Virus record (IMG/VR): IMGVR_UViG_3300043425_001539
Span: 62,001 to 126,000 of that record
Direction: 5' to 3' (one strand)
DNA: 64,000 nt
Shown: piece after piece, positions 46,866 through 57,600 of the stretch
Layout: each line of letters begins with the position of its first letter
Position numbering within the stretch: the first letter of the stretch is position 1
Position numbers and translations under genes: made by a program
Notes under the pieces: generated by a model
Told to the model about the DNA's origin: nothing
Database searches by the model: none
The model's input: the letters and a program-made list of their open reading frames with translations, nothing else

Positions 46866-47549
46866 TTAAATAGATTTGTTTGAATTTTTATATACAGCCT
46901 CACACATTTTAATCATAGCCGTTACATCTTTTTCGCAATATGTAATAATACGGTCAATTTCTCCATTCCAATACGTTGTATGAACCATTGAGCCGTCAAT
47001 GTCGTCTTTGGGTGATGGAATACCCATTTCATATACTGCTTCTTCAAATGAAACATCTAAACTTGAAAATGCCTTCCACCAATCTTTCATATCAAAAATT
47101 GAAATTTCCCAAGGTTTTTTATCAAAAGTATTTAAACATTCAGGAACATTATACCCATAAGACATAAGTTTACGATAAATCCATGCAATATCAAAATTTT
47201 TAATATTCCATCCAGTAGGCGTCATACCGTTTGCGCTTGCTTTTACAAAGAGCGCGTATACCGATTTTATTAGTTCAGCTTCGTTTTCATTTGAAATAGT
47301 ATTAACTTTAATTTCACCTTCTTTCCAAACACCAAAAGATAAACATGCAATTTTTCCAAATTCAGGAAATAATGAAACTTTATCTAAGTATGCTTGGTTA
47401 ACATCACCTAAGCTAAGGCGTTCAGCTTTTTTCTTGAAAATAGCTGCGCCAACTGGGTCTTTACTTTTAAATTCTTCATAGTTGCGGTATTCTCCGCAGG
47501 TTTCAATGTCAAAAAATAAAAAGCGGGAAAATTTTTCTTTAGAAAACAT
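46866..47549 (-). CDS. Stand-alone PolB-type DEDD 3'-5' exonuclease
   Basis: FFDIET, GWNIKNFDIAW and YCEKDV Exo I-III motifs; KPWE motif. Confidence 0.85.
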   Translation of the reverse strand: MFSKEKFSRFLFFDIETCGEYRNYEEFKSKDPVGAAIFKKKAERLSLGDVNQAYLDKVSLFPEFGKIACLSFGVWKEGEIKVNTISNENEAELIKSVYALFVKASANGMTPTGWNIKNFDIAWIYRKLMSYGYNVPECLNTFDKKPWEISIFDMKDWWKAFSSLDVSFEEAVYEMGIPSPKDDIDGSMVHTTYWNGEIDRIITYCEKDVTAMIKMCEAVYKNSNKSI

Positions 47550-47564
47550 AATTTTTTTATGGTT

Positions 47565-47593
47565 TATATACCAAGTCTAATTAATAGTTTCAA
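47565..47593 (-). promoter_or_regulatory. Possible sigma70-like promoter TTGAAA-N17-TATATA with TGn extension
   Basis: Read directly in the divergent intergenic region upstream of 47549; could be chance in AT-rich DNA. Confidence 0.3.
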
Positions 47594-47624
47594 GAACTTT
47601 TTTTAAAAGTGTTATATAATTTAT

Positions 47625-47885
47625 ATGGAAAACCAACAAAGAATGAAGATAGATATCTCAGATGCCCCTTGGGCTGAGTGCTGTGGAGAACCTCAACTGT
47701 TTGAGACAGCTTTTATGTTTAAAAGAATTTCTCCTATAGTGAGTCCTTCAGGAAAAGAGGAACATGTTCCTATAGAAATTGTTATTTGTAAAAAATGTGG
47801 TAAAGTTCCACAATTCATACTTAAAAATTATCCTGACTTACCTGATTCACTTAAAGCTAATTCATCAAAATTAATCAATGAATAA
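47625..47885 (+). CDS. Small zinc-ribbon-like protein
   Basis: ECCG and CKKCG Cys clusters; 86 aa. Confidence 0.7.
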   Translation: MENQQRMKIDISDAPWAECCGEPQLFETAFMFKRISPIVSPSGKEEHVPIEIVICKKCGKVPQFILKNYPDLPDSLKANSSKLINE

Positions 47886-48306
47886 TTCCCCGTTTATACT
47901 ATCATCTTTGTATATTGATTGGGTTAATGAAATTAATGGATGGGGCATTTTTACCAAAGAGGATATCAAAGAAAAAACTGTTGTTGAGGTGTCACCTGTC
48001 ATTGTTTACCCTGAAGAAATATTAAAAATTGCTTCTTGGCAAACACAAGGTGATAAAAATGCGTATGCATCATTAGGTTTTACTCTGTATAGCCTTAACT
48101 GGAATGAAAACTATGCCGCCATACCTTTAGGATATGGCGGCATTTATAATCATAGTGACAATAATAATTGTCAATTTATGAATGATATGGATAACGGTTT
48201 ACTTTATATCATCACATTAAAAAATATTAATGCTGGTGAGCAATTATTGGTTAATTACGGAAATGACTGGTTTGATAGCAAGCCATTTCCAAAAATTGAT
48301 TTATAG
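47878..48306 (+). CDS. SET-domain protein (putative lysine methyltransferase)
   Basis: GWGIFTKEDI, YNHS and AGEQLLVNYG...WF SET motifs. Confidence 0.88.
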   Translation: MNNSPFILSSLYIDWVNEINGWGIFTKEDIKEKTVVEVSPVIVYPEEILKIASWQTQGDKNAYASLGFTLYSLNWNENYAAIPLGYGGIYNHSDNNNCQFMNDMDNGLLYIITLKNINAGEQLLVNYGNDWFDSKPFPKIDL

Positions 48307-49020
48307 CTATGTGTTTTGTATATGATCCAAAAATTTAGTTATTAGAGGATTTCTAACGATATCTGACCGTTCAAAACGCATAGTTCCAAATTCTTCTAAA
48401 TCTGTTACCGAATTAAAAAACCAACTTAAACCACTGGATTCTTTTTTCTTTAAATCAATTTGGTCTTCATCGGCTAAAAATATCATTTTGGAATTTTCTC
48501 CTATACGTGTAACAGTACTTATTAGGTGATGTTTAGGCATATTTTGTGCCTCGTCAACTATAATTATTGCATTATCTATACTTCTTCCTCGGATGTAGGC
48601 AAGAGGCATTATTTCTATCAATTCTTGCGCCTCTAAATTTTTGGATAATTCTTTACCAATTAATTTATAAAAATTATCCATAAAGGAAATCATATAAGGA
48701 TCCATTTTTTCTTTCATAGTACCTTTAAGAAAACCTATTTCCTCTCCTTCCAATACTGTAACCGATTTTACAATGATTATTTTTTTGTAAATATCTGATT
48801 TTTTTGCTAATAATTTTAATGCTTCAGCACAAGCAACATAAGTTTTTCCTGTTCCAGCTGGTCCCGCGCAGATTACTATGTCTTTAGAATCAATTAATCT
48901 TACAAATTGTTTTTGTCTTTCATTTTTGCATTTTAAATCAAAATTAACTTTTGTCAATGCAAGCTGTGCTGGTGATAACCATTTTTCTATGTTTTCTTCC
49001 TGTACGTACTTTCTTCTCAT
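48307..49020 (-). CDS. phoH: PhoH-like ATPase
   Basis: GPAGTGKT, LAYIRGRSID, IVDEAQN, DEDQID, DIVRNPL. Confidence 0.92.
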   Translation of the reverse strand: MRRKYVQEENIEKWLSPAQLALTKVNFDLKCKNERQKQFVRLIDSKDIVICAGPAGTGKTYVACAEALKLLAKKSDIYKKIIIVKSVTVLEGEEIGFLKGTMKEKMDPYMISFMDNFYKLIGKELSKNLEAQELIEIMPLAYIRGRSIDNAIIIVDEAQNMPKHHLISTVTRIGENSKMIFLADEDQIDLKKKESSGLSWFFNSVTDLEEFGTMRFERSDIVRNPLITKFLDHIQNT

Positions 49021-49047
49021 ATATAGTTTTTTTGTGAATTGTTAAAG

Positions 49048-49602
49048 CTAAACTTTAACCGTTTTAACTGTCACCCCTTTTTCTTTTTCGACTTCTTTTG
49101 CTAATTTTAAGTTATCATCATTATCATCAAAAAATATAAAATTTTTATACCCAGTTTCAACTAAACGATGCAATGCTTCTTTTTTTCTTTCGGCGATGCT
49201 ACCTTTAAAGCCATGTTTAGGATCGTTAACAGCAATTACTAAATCCTGATGTATATCTATGCCATTATGTAAGAAAAATTCGCGTATCATTGCAGAATTT
49301 GATCTTGCAGTCACAATTGCAACGTGAGTGCCTGATTTATAAAAATTCTTTAATTCGTCAAGAATGTGTGAAATGAATGTAGATTGTTTTAAAATATCAA
49401 AATCTTCAAATTCAGAAAAAGATAACGTGTGATTTTTATTGGGTTTAAAAAAATTAAATTCAGTAGGAGATAAAGTTTTTATTATCTTATGTGTTTTTGA
49501 ATCTAGTACATGTATTTTTGCTGTTGATAAAATTAACGTCTCGTCCAAGTCGAATACGGCAAGTGTGCTGGATATTTTTCCTTTTATATTTACTTCATTC
49601 AT
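49048..49602 (-). CDS. HAD-superfamily phosphatase (phage type)
   Basis: VFDLDETL (DxD), IVTARS, K in ERKK, FFDDNDDN. Confidence 0.85.
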   Translation of the reverse strand: MNEVNIKGKISSTLAVFDLDETLILSTAKIHVLDSKTHKIIKTLSPTEFNFFKPNKNHTLSFSEFEDFDILKQSTFISHILDELKNFYKSGTHVAIVTARSNSAMIREFFLHNGIDIHQDLVIAVNDPKHGFKGSIAERKKEALHRLVETGYKNFIFFDDNDDNLKLAKEVEKEKGVTVKTVKV

Positions 49603-50210
49603 TTTTGTTTCATTAAAGTATTTTTTCGTATTTCTCTACTTCTTTTTCTTTTTTCTTCTAAAAAAAATTCTTTTGTATAAGTTTCTTTGTTTTTGTATAA
49701 TATCCAATTTTTGTGCCGATTGCGTCTTCCGTTAATAACCGCATTTATATGACATGAAAGTGAACCTATTTTATTTGCAAGATCAAACTTAGTTCCTACA
49801 TATTCTTCAAAAGTTTCTATATTAAAAAAATGATAAATTGTTTTATCATACCTTGGATTTTTTTCACCTTTTCTTGCGGTGGGATTTTCTTTTAAAAATT
49901 TTTTTAATGTTTCTGACTTTTTTTTATTTGCATATTCACCAAGATTTCCGCCCTGTCCACCGTCTACTAAATTATAACCTATATCAGGATTTGTTGAATT
50001 AAGTTCTTTTATCCAAAATTTTTCTTTGCTATTAAGCTCTTCTTTTGAAGAACAAGATTCTAAAATATCTTTTTTAAAATTTTCTGAACCATATTTTTTA
50101 ATAGCCCTGCGTAATTTGAAACCCGAACCTAAATATTTAGGATTGTTAAATTTATCTTGTCCAACATAAATTTTTCCATTAATAAGATTTGTGATTTTGT
50201 ATATGACCAT
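49599..50210 (-). mobile_element. Free-standing GIY-YIG homing endonuclease (Seg-like)
   Basis: VIYKITNLINGKIYVGQ, YLGSG, EKFWIKELNS, GYNLVDGG, then a basic DNA-binding region. Confidence 0.9.
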
Positions 50211-50222
50211 AAAAGTTTTTTA

Positions 50223-50231
50223 ATATATATC
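50223..50231 (-). promoter_or_regulatory. Candidate late-promoter motif GATATATAT
   Basis: 12 nt upstream of the endonuclease ATG. Confidence 0.5.
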
Positions 50232-50266
50232 ATTAAAAAAAACTTATTAATGTATCATCTAAGATA

Positions 50267-50311
50267 TTAGATTGTGTTGGATATTTTACCTTTAATTTTT
50301 GCTTCGTTCAT
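50267..50311 (-). pseudogene. Orphaned 14-codon duplicate of the HAD gene 5' end
   Basis: MNEAKIKGKISNTI* versus HAD MNEVNIKGKISSTL: 10/14 aa and 34/42 nt identical by hand count. Confidence 0.85.
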
Positions 50312-50312
50312 A

Positions 50313-51665
50313 TTATTCTATTTTGATATATGTTTCAGGTGTCCATTCAGAATAAATTTTATCATTAAGATTAAAAATGCTACATACCGACCAAAAATAT
50401 TCTCCATCAGATAATGTACCCGAAGGTATAACATATATATCTTCATTTGAATACATTTTAATTTCCGTGTATGCTATTTTTCTGTAATTATTGCCACCTG
50501 ACAAAACATTAACGCCTGAGTGAACAATAATATTTTTATCTATAATAGAATCTGCAAATGAAGAAGAAAATGTAAAATCTGCGCCGTTAAATTGCGCTAA
50601 TGTTATTTCCCAATTTCTATTTCCTAAATCAGTTTTTGATTTAATAAAAAGATCCTTTGATATATTTTCAACATAAGAGGAAATTTCAGGCACAAATGTA
50701 TGATTTTTAGCCTGTATTCTTAAAATTCCTGATGTATAATCAGCATAATAAATTCGATACAAATCTTTTTGCAATGATCCATCATTTCCAAGCAAGCAAG
50801 ATACGTTTGCGCCTGTTCCAGTGCCTACAACATTTACAAGTGGATTAACTGAATAGCTGCTCCCTGCATTTTCAATTTTTACCGTGGTAATTTTTCTTTC
50901 ATATGCGCCTGTGGTACCTATAAAAGGTTTTAAAAGAATATCATTATTTCCATTTGCTCTTGTCCCAGTTACGTCAAAATAATTAATATTACCGCCGTCA
51001 GAAACATTTTTTTCTCTAACTCTTAAATTATACTTAAATACATTATTTGTAGGATCTTCCCATCTAAAATATATTCCATCGTTTCTTATGGTTGATAATA
51101 AATTAATAGGATACTCTTTAATTTTTTCATTTGTTATGTCTGTATAAATTTTTCTTTTCCAAACAAAATTATCATTTATTTCCATTAATAAAGGATCCCC
51201 GTCATTAATATTACATAATAAATTATATTCATATGTATATATGTCGGCAAAAGGACCGCTGACTGCCACATCCAATATATCTATGACGGCACCTTTTATA
51301 TAGCTATGATTATCATTTATTGAAGTTACAGTAAAAAAATCTCCTTTTTTAATTAAATTTGACCCATACAATCCTGGAGTGTTTGCGGTGGGCGCTTCTT
51401 TTACTGTGTATTCAACTACAATTTCATATACAAAACCTACATTAGTTTGAGTTCTTCTTGAATTAAATGAAAGAATCGGAGAAGAATATTCAGTATCATA
51501 ATAATCATTATCTATACTTTCAGAAGTATAGATATACCCTTGATTTAATGCATTAGAAGGCGTATTACCATCTTCTATTGGAGGTACCGATATAAATCTG
51601 TTCAAATCATTTGTTGATAAAAAAACAGATTTTTCTTTAATTTGTCTGCGATCCAAAGTTTTCAT
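50313..51665 (-). CDS. Virion structural protein
   Basis: 450 aa, beta-rich; the ENAGSSYSVNPLVNVVGTGTGA motif is shared with the adjacent baseplate protein. Confidence 0.55.
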   Translation of the reverse strand: MKTLDRRQIKEKSVFLSTNDLNRFISVPPIEDGNTPSNALNQGYIYTSESIDNDYYDTEYSSPILSFNSRRTQTNVGFVYEIVVEYTVKEAPTANTPGLYGSNLIKKGDFFTVTSINDNHSYIKGAVIDILDVAVSGPFADIYTYEYNLLCNINDGDPLLMEINDNFVWKRKIYTDITNEKIKEYPINLLSTIRNDGIYFRWEDPTNNVFKYNLRVREKNVSDGGNINYFDVTGTRANGNNDILLKPFIGTTGAYERKITTVKIENAGSSYSVNPLVNVVGTGTGANVSCLLGNDGSLQKDLYRIYYADYTSGILRIQAKNHTFVPEISSYVENISKDLFIKSKTDLGNRNWEITLAQFNGADFTFSSSFADSIIDKNIIVHSGVNVLSGGNNYRKIAYTEIKMYSNEDIYVIPSGTLSDGEYFWSVCSIFNLNDKIYSEWTPETYIKIE

Positions 51666-54600
51666 CTATTTCAATAAAAGTATTCTTTTTAATTGTTGCA
51701 GAATTTCCGTTTGTGTCCTCTATTAAAAGTTCAACTCCAAATATTCCTGGGTAAGTAAATGTCCACATTATTTTCGAATCAGATGTTTCTACTAAAGTTT
51801 CTTCATTTTCTTTAATCTTCCATAAATATTTAGATTTACCTGATATTTTAGAAGTATCTGATGTAAATAATATAGAAACACCTATTGGAAATTTTCCATT
51901 TTTATTGTTGGCCCAAGTTTCCTCCCATGTTAATGCTCCGCCGATTGATCTTTCATAAGGTAATCTTTGTGAATCAGATTCAGCCAGGCTAGAATTACTA
52001 AAATAAGGCGATGATATGTATGAATATGTAGAAGGTAAATCACTTGCTGGGTACCAACCTTTATATCCAAAAGGACTTAATCCTTCAAATAAATATGTTT
52101 GAATGTTTCTGTAATTTATAACAAAATCATTTAACCCAGTCAAAAAACTTCCTACTTTATTTTCACCAAATCCCAGCCAAGAATAATAATTGCCAACAGG
52201 AAACGAGTGGGATAGCGAAGAAATATTACCATCGGGTGCTTCAAATGTTAACCCACCTTCACCTGTAAGATACCCTAAACAGTCTACGCTTGGTGTTTTT
52301 GCCTGCGCAATTATTTTAAAGTTGGCAGCAATATCACCGGATAAAACCTGTGTTGAAATAACTCCAGTATTCCATTCAGCATAAAAGGATAAAGAATTTC
52401 CACTTCCGGTGAAAGGAGAAGATAAAGTTATTTCACGAATAACACCTTGCTGTACAAAAATATTTGTAACTGTTGCAGGCGCTGTTGGGTACAATGGCAA
52501 GTAGTCTGATGTCAGAATATCACCAGGAGCTATCTGATTTTCTAATAGACCTGCAACATTTTTAATTTTATAGTCACCTACTATACAGTCACCTATAAAA
52601 GTAGCTTTCTTTTTGATATCTTTATCTAATGTTACAGTAGTTCCTGTAATTCCCAATACGGTTGAAACTTTTTCAAAAGGTTCGCCATATATTACATCTC
52701 CCACATTAATAGCTGAAGAAGTAAAAAATGAATTGGGATCAGAATAAGTGTTAATGTTTATAAAGATTGGAGATACATATTGTTCTGATATTGGATAATA
52801 ATAAAATTTGTTTAATCCTTGAGATGTTAAGTTATTTAATTCATAAAGAGCTTGAGCATAAATTTGCGCCGTACTCATTCCTCCTACAATTCCAGTAAAA
52901 TTATAAGTATCGTCTTCATTAAAAGTTAATCCACTATTTTGTACCAAATCATTAATGATAAAATTACACCAATATGAATTTGAAAAGTCTAATGTATTCC
53001 AAGATAATGCACAAGATTCTTGCCAAATTACATCTTTGTAATTTTGCCATGTAATAATATTAGAACCTAATTTTCTTTCAGCGCTATCTTCATCAAAATT
53101 TCTTTGACACACCTGAAATGAAGAAGAAATTTTAAGTAAATCATTTTCTTGATCAGATACAGATAAAATTGTGCCTACACCATTTTTCCAATTACCTATT
53201 TGTGTAACTTGCAAAGAAAAATCTCCGTACAAAATTCCGTTATCAAAGTACCAATTTGTATGATTAGCTATTGCGGTAGAATCAAATTCAGATGAAGGCG
53301 CATTATTAAAATCTCCTGACGAAGGATACATATTAAAATCAAAATAAATATTTGCAGCACCTCCTACATTTTCTCCATAGTAAATTCTTGTAGGAAATTC
53401 TTGATATTCGTATTCTAAATAAACATTTTCAATTCCTTCTGCTGCTAAATTAATTAAATAAGAATTTAATTCATCAATAGGTCCACCGTTTATTCCTGCA
53501 ATATCTATTACATATATTTCAGATTCAGACCAAATATCATAAATGGATCCAACATTACTTGTGTCCAAGTAAACGTGCGTTGTTCTAAAATCTTGCGTGT
53601 ATTTTAGTTCATTATCTAAATATGCATACAGTTTAATTTGCGTAAATCCTGGCCGTATTTCATCAAGAGGATTACATGTGACGGCGGATTTTTTAATATA
53701 AATTTTACCTAAATGATCACGCTTTTCAGGGATATTTGAATTTACTGATTCAATTACCCAAGCAGAAGATGAAATTATAGGATTCCAATTCAAATCACCA
53801 TTCAAAGGTTCACCGTCTCTAACTTTATAGATTTTTCCAATTTCTCCTTTTTTAAGTAAAGATAAATCATTGCCTTCTCCATTAAGTATTATATTTGAAG
53901 GTTGTCCGCTATACGTATTTTTTCCATTAATAGGTATACGTTTTCTTATTGGCGAATTGTTTCTTTGTACCGCTTTTATAAACTTTCCTACACTTATGCC
54001 TGATGGATTAGTATCTTCATTGTAAATTTTATTTCCGTTTAAGGTAATAGTTCCACCTATTTCACGCAAAACTTCCCATGTTGCAGGAGAAGCCTTAAAA
54101 GCTTCAGGCGGTTCAGAAAAAAGCTCAATATATGTATATTCAGGATTTGAATAATCCGAACCTAATACATTAAGTTGATACACAGTTTCATCTCTTCTTA
54201 TAAATATCCATTCGTCATCAGGATTATATAACGGGTCTATCGGCGGATAAAGTCTTTGCCCTTGAACAATAATTGTAGGATTAACCGCTGGCGGATTTGT
54301 GGTAGAATCTTGATACCCAATAACAGGTCCTTCTAAATTATCTTCAGGCGATATTTCAACAATCGGAAATTCTTCACAATAAGGAAAGCTATAATTATTA
54401 ATATCAGAAATATCTGAAATATCAAGATTATCCCATCTAAAATCAAAAGATTCCCAAATAGAATTATTAAATATGGGATTTATCCATCTACCGGTAGAAT
54501 TATCCCAATTAAAATCTATGTATCTATTATTTTCAATTTCTTGCTGCGTTTGATTTTGCTGTGTATTAGGTAATTGCTTTAATGAATCCCATGTATTAAC

Positions 54601-57600
54601 ACAGCCATTTAAAAATTTTGCAATATAAGAAAAATCAGACTCTGCCATATAAACTTCTATGCAGTTCTTTTTTATTAAATTTGCAAAATTATTATCTGTA
54701 TTATAAACAATTAATTCAACCGTGTATTTTCCAACATAAGGAAGAACGACTGTGTGATCTATAAGTAAATCTATGGGTTGAACTCCGCTATCATAATTAA
54801 ATTGATTTGTTGGTTTTTCAGGTTCTGATAAAACCACTTTCCATTGCATTTGATAAAATTCGCCTCTTCCTAAATCATTCCATGTAAATATTGATCTAGT
54901 GTGTCCACTATTCACATTAACTTCTGGCGTGGATATGTATCCTGTACCTGCATTAGTAACTTCCACTCCTTGATGGACAAAGATTTTATCACCAGATTGA
55001 ACAGTTGTTGATGCTGGCGTTAAATCATAATTTTCTACCGTAATGGTTGATGTTCCAAGACCTACTGTTACATTTGATGTTAGTACAATATTTGATATAT
55101 TGTCTCCTGTAACAAGTCTGTTAGAAGTAACATTAAATGACCCTGCGGGCGCAATTTCAGGGCTAACGTTAAAAACATTATTTGTGCCACCTCCTGTTGA
55201 ACCAACAGAAACAACAGTATATTCAAGTAAATTAAGTTGTCCTTTTCTTAAAGAAGCTGATAATGTAGCATTTGCGCCTTCTTGACTTACAACCTTTAAT
55301 GTTGGTGTAAATTTATATTCGGTGCCTGGATTAATAATTTCAGCGGCTATAACTTCACCTGTTCCGTTTGGAAGAGGATCTACGTGAACAATAACATTGG
55401 CATTTGTACTTCCTCCTAATTCATACCAAGTATATGGAACTTCATCCCAAGTAATCGGAAATTCAGTTGACAAAGAAGCAACAGCTCCTACAGGTATATT
55501 AGGTGCATCATTCCACGCGGGAGTTCTAGTTCCGTTATTAATATTTCCTACTGGGGTGCCGTCATAAATTTTTAAATTTAATTCTGTAACCGTACCTAAA
55601 TTAGGTGTAAAATTTGCAACTGGGTATGTTGAGTACCCTAATCCTTTATTTAAAAACCAAACATCTTCAACTTCAAATCCTAAATCTGACGGTGCTGCAG
55701 TAAATCCTGATCTATTTACAACTTCATATTGTGTTCCAACAGGAGAAACTACCAAAGATTGGCCAAAAGCTTGAGGAAACGAAGAATATCCTGAACCTTG
55801 TAAAGACCCTTCTTGAATTATTACATCAGTTACCACACCCAATCCTGTAACACCTGATACTATCAATCTTAACGGAGATTCATATGTTCCGCCATTAAGA
55901 GTTATTATATCCCCCACAATAAAATCTGTACCAGCAGGATTTGCTAATGAATATGATCCAGTATACCCTTTCATTTTAACATATCCTGTTGCTTGTTGAT
56001 TTGAAGTTCCTGGAAATGTTACATTAGGTATACTTGTATATGGGCCGCCTGGCGAAGTTATTGAAATATCTAAAATATCATACCTATTCATAAAAGACTG
56101 TAAAGTCTTTTCTAAAGTAGGACTTAAATATGCATCTGATGTATATGGACGTAAATCCTGAATAATTGCTCTGTCTTCACATGTAAAATTAATAGGGCGC
56201 GTTAATTCTAAAACTCTTCGTTCATCAACATTTCGCCAAGAATTAATTGCATATCTTTCATAATAAACGCCTTCACCTGTTATATCAGTTATTTGACTGT
56301 TAAGAGGCAGAAATTTTTCTTTAAGATATTTTTTAAGAGCAAAGAATTTAATTAAGGCTTCCTCATTTGTAAATTCAAATGCATCAGTTGTTATAGGTAT
56401 GCCATTTTCATCAAAATTCCCTGAATCTTTAACCAAATCATAAAAAAGCCCAAACATACTGGTTTTTTTATAGTGCTTGCTTGGAACTAAATTTAATGAT
56501 TCTCCACTTTGTTTTTTGTCTTTTAACTGAAAAGCAATAGGTACTTGTCTATACGTTCCAAATTCGGTATCTAAGCTATTTACATTTAAAAAGTATTCTT
56601 TAAGTCTGATATCATAATAACCAAACCAATTTATAATATTAACCAATCCTTTATATGATCCAACGTAAGGCCAGATTTGATCTCCTTGTAGGAGCATTTC
56701 ACGTCTTTTTTGGTTTAATAAAATATAGTCAACATTAGATTCATCTACATCTGAATCTCTAAGTATTAATTCCTGTTCAAGATCAACATCTCTACCTATA
56801 TTTGATAATAATATTCCTAGTCTTTCATCTTCAGCTTCAGTTTCAGCTCTATAAACTCCGTACATTAATAATCCAGGATTTGATGCAAATGTTATATCAA
56901 GAATCCTAAAAATCGTTATAAATACTCCTTCTACATTTGACTGATGTCCTATGTTTATCGTTAAAGGAGTTTTTTGAATATTTTCATAAACTGTTCTTTG
57001 ATATAACTGATTATTTGCAGGTCCTCCAATTGGCGACGACGGTATGGTGTCGGATGATGCAGCTTGTGTAAATTCAAATTCCAATGAAGCCGATTTGGTA
57101 ATTGTAGGATAATCTTCATTGTAATTTACATCAAATAAAAAGAAAGAATCATCGCCTTCTACATAAGCTTTAAATTTAGGAACTACTTGATATGTTATTC
57201 CCGCACCCGGTGTAGTGCCAACGGTTAAAGACGTATCAAAATATAAGTTAAAAGTATCAACTTTAGTTAAAACATACGGCCCTCCATCAAGAGCACCTCC
57301 GTCTATAAATATTTTTGATCCAGCCTGTAAATCATGTGGAAAATATGCAGTAAAATTTATTTCTCCTAAAGATGTACCGGGTATTGGATTAGTTAAAGTA
57401 ATTGATTGTGAACTTGTGTTAATATCAAAAATAAAAGTGTTTTCAGGTATGCCTGTACCACTAATATTCATTCCTACAACAAGATTTGCAATTGTAGCTG
57501 CTGGTATTCTTGCAACAACATTTGCATCATACTCTCTAACAAGTCCCGTAAAGGTAAATGATTCAATTTCAATTTTAGCACTACTGCCGTTTGCTGAAAA

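Noticed and set aside
49561-50311. Group I intron around the GIY-YIG gene
   Set aside because: Only about 55 nt of non-coding sequence flanks the ORF, too little for a ribozyme core, and the HAD gene has its own complete start.
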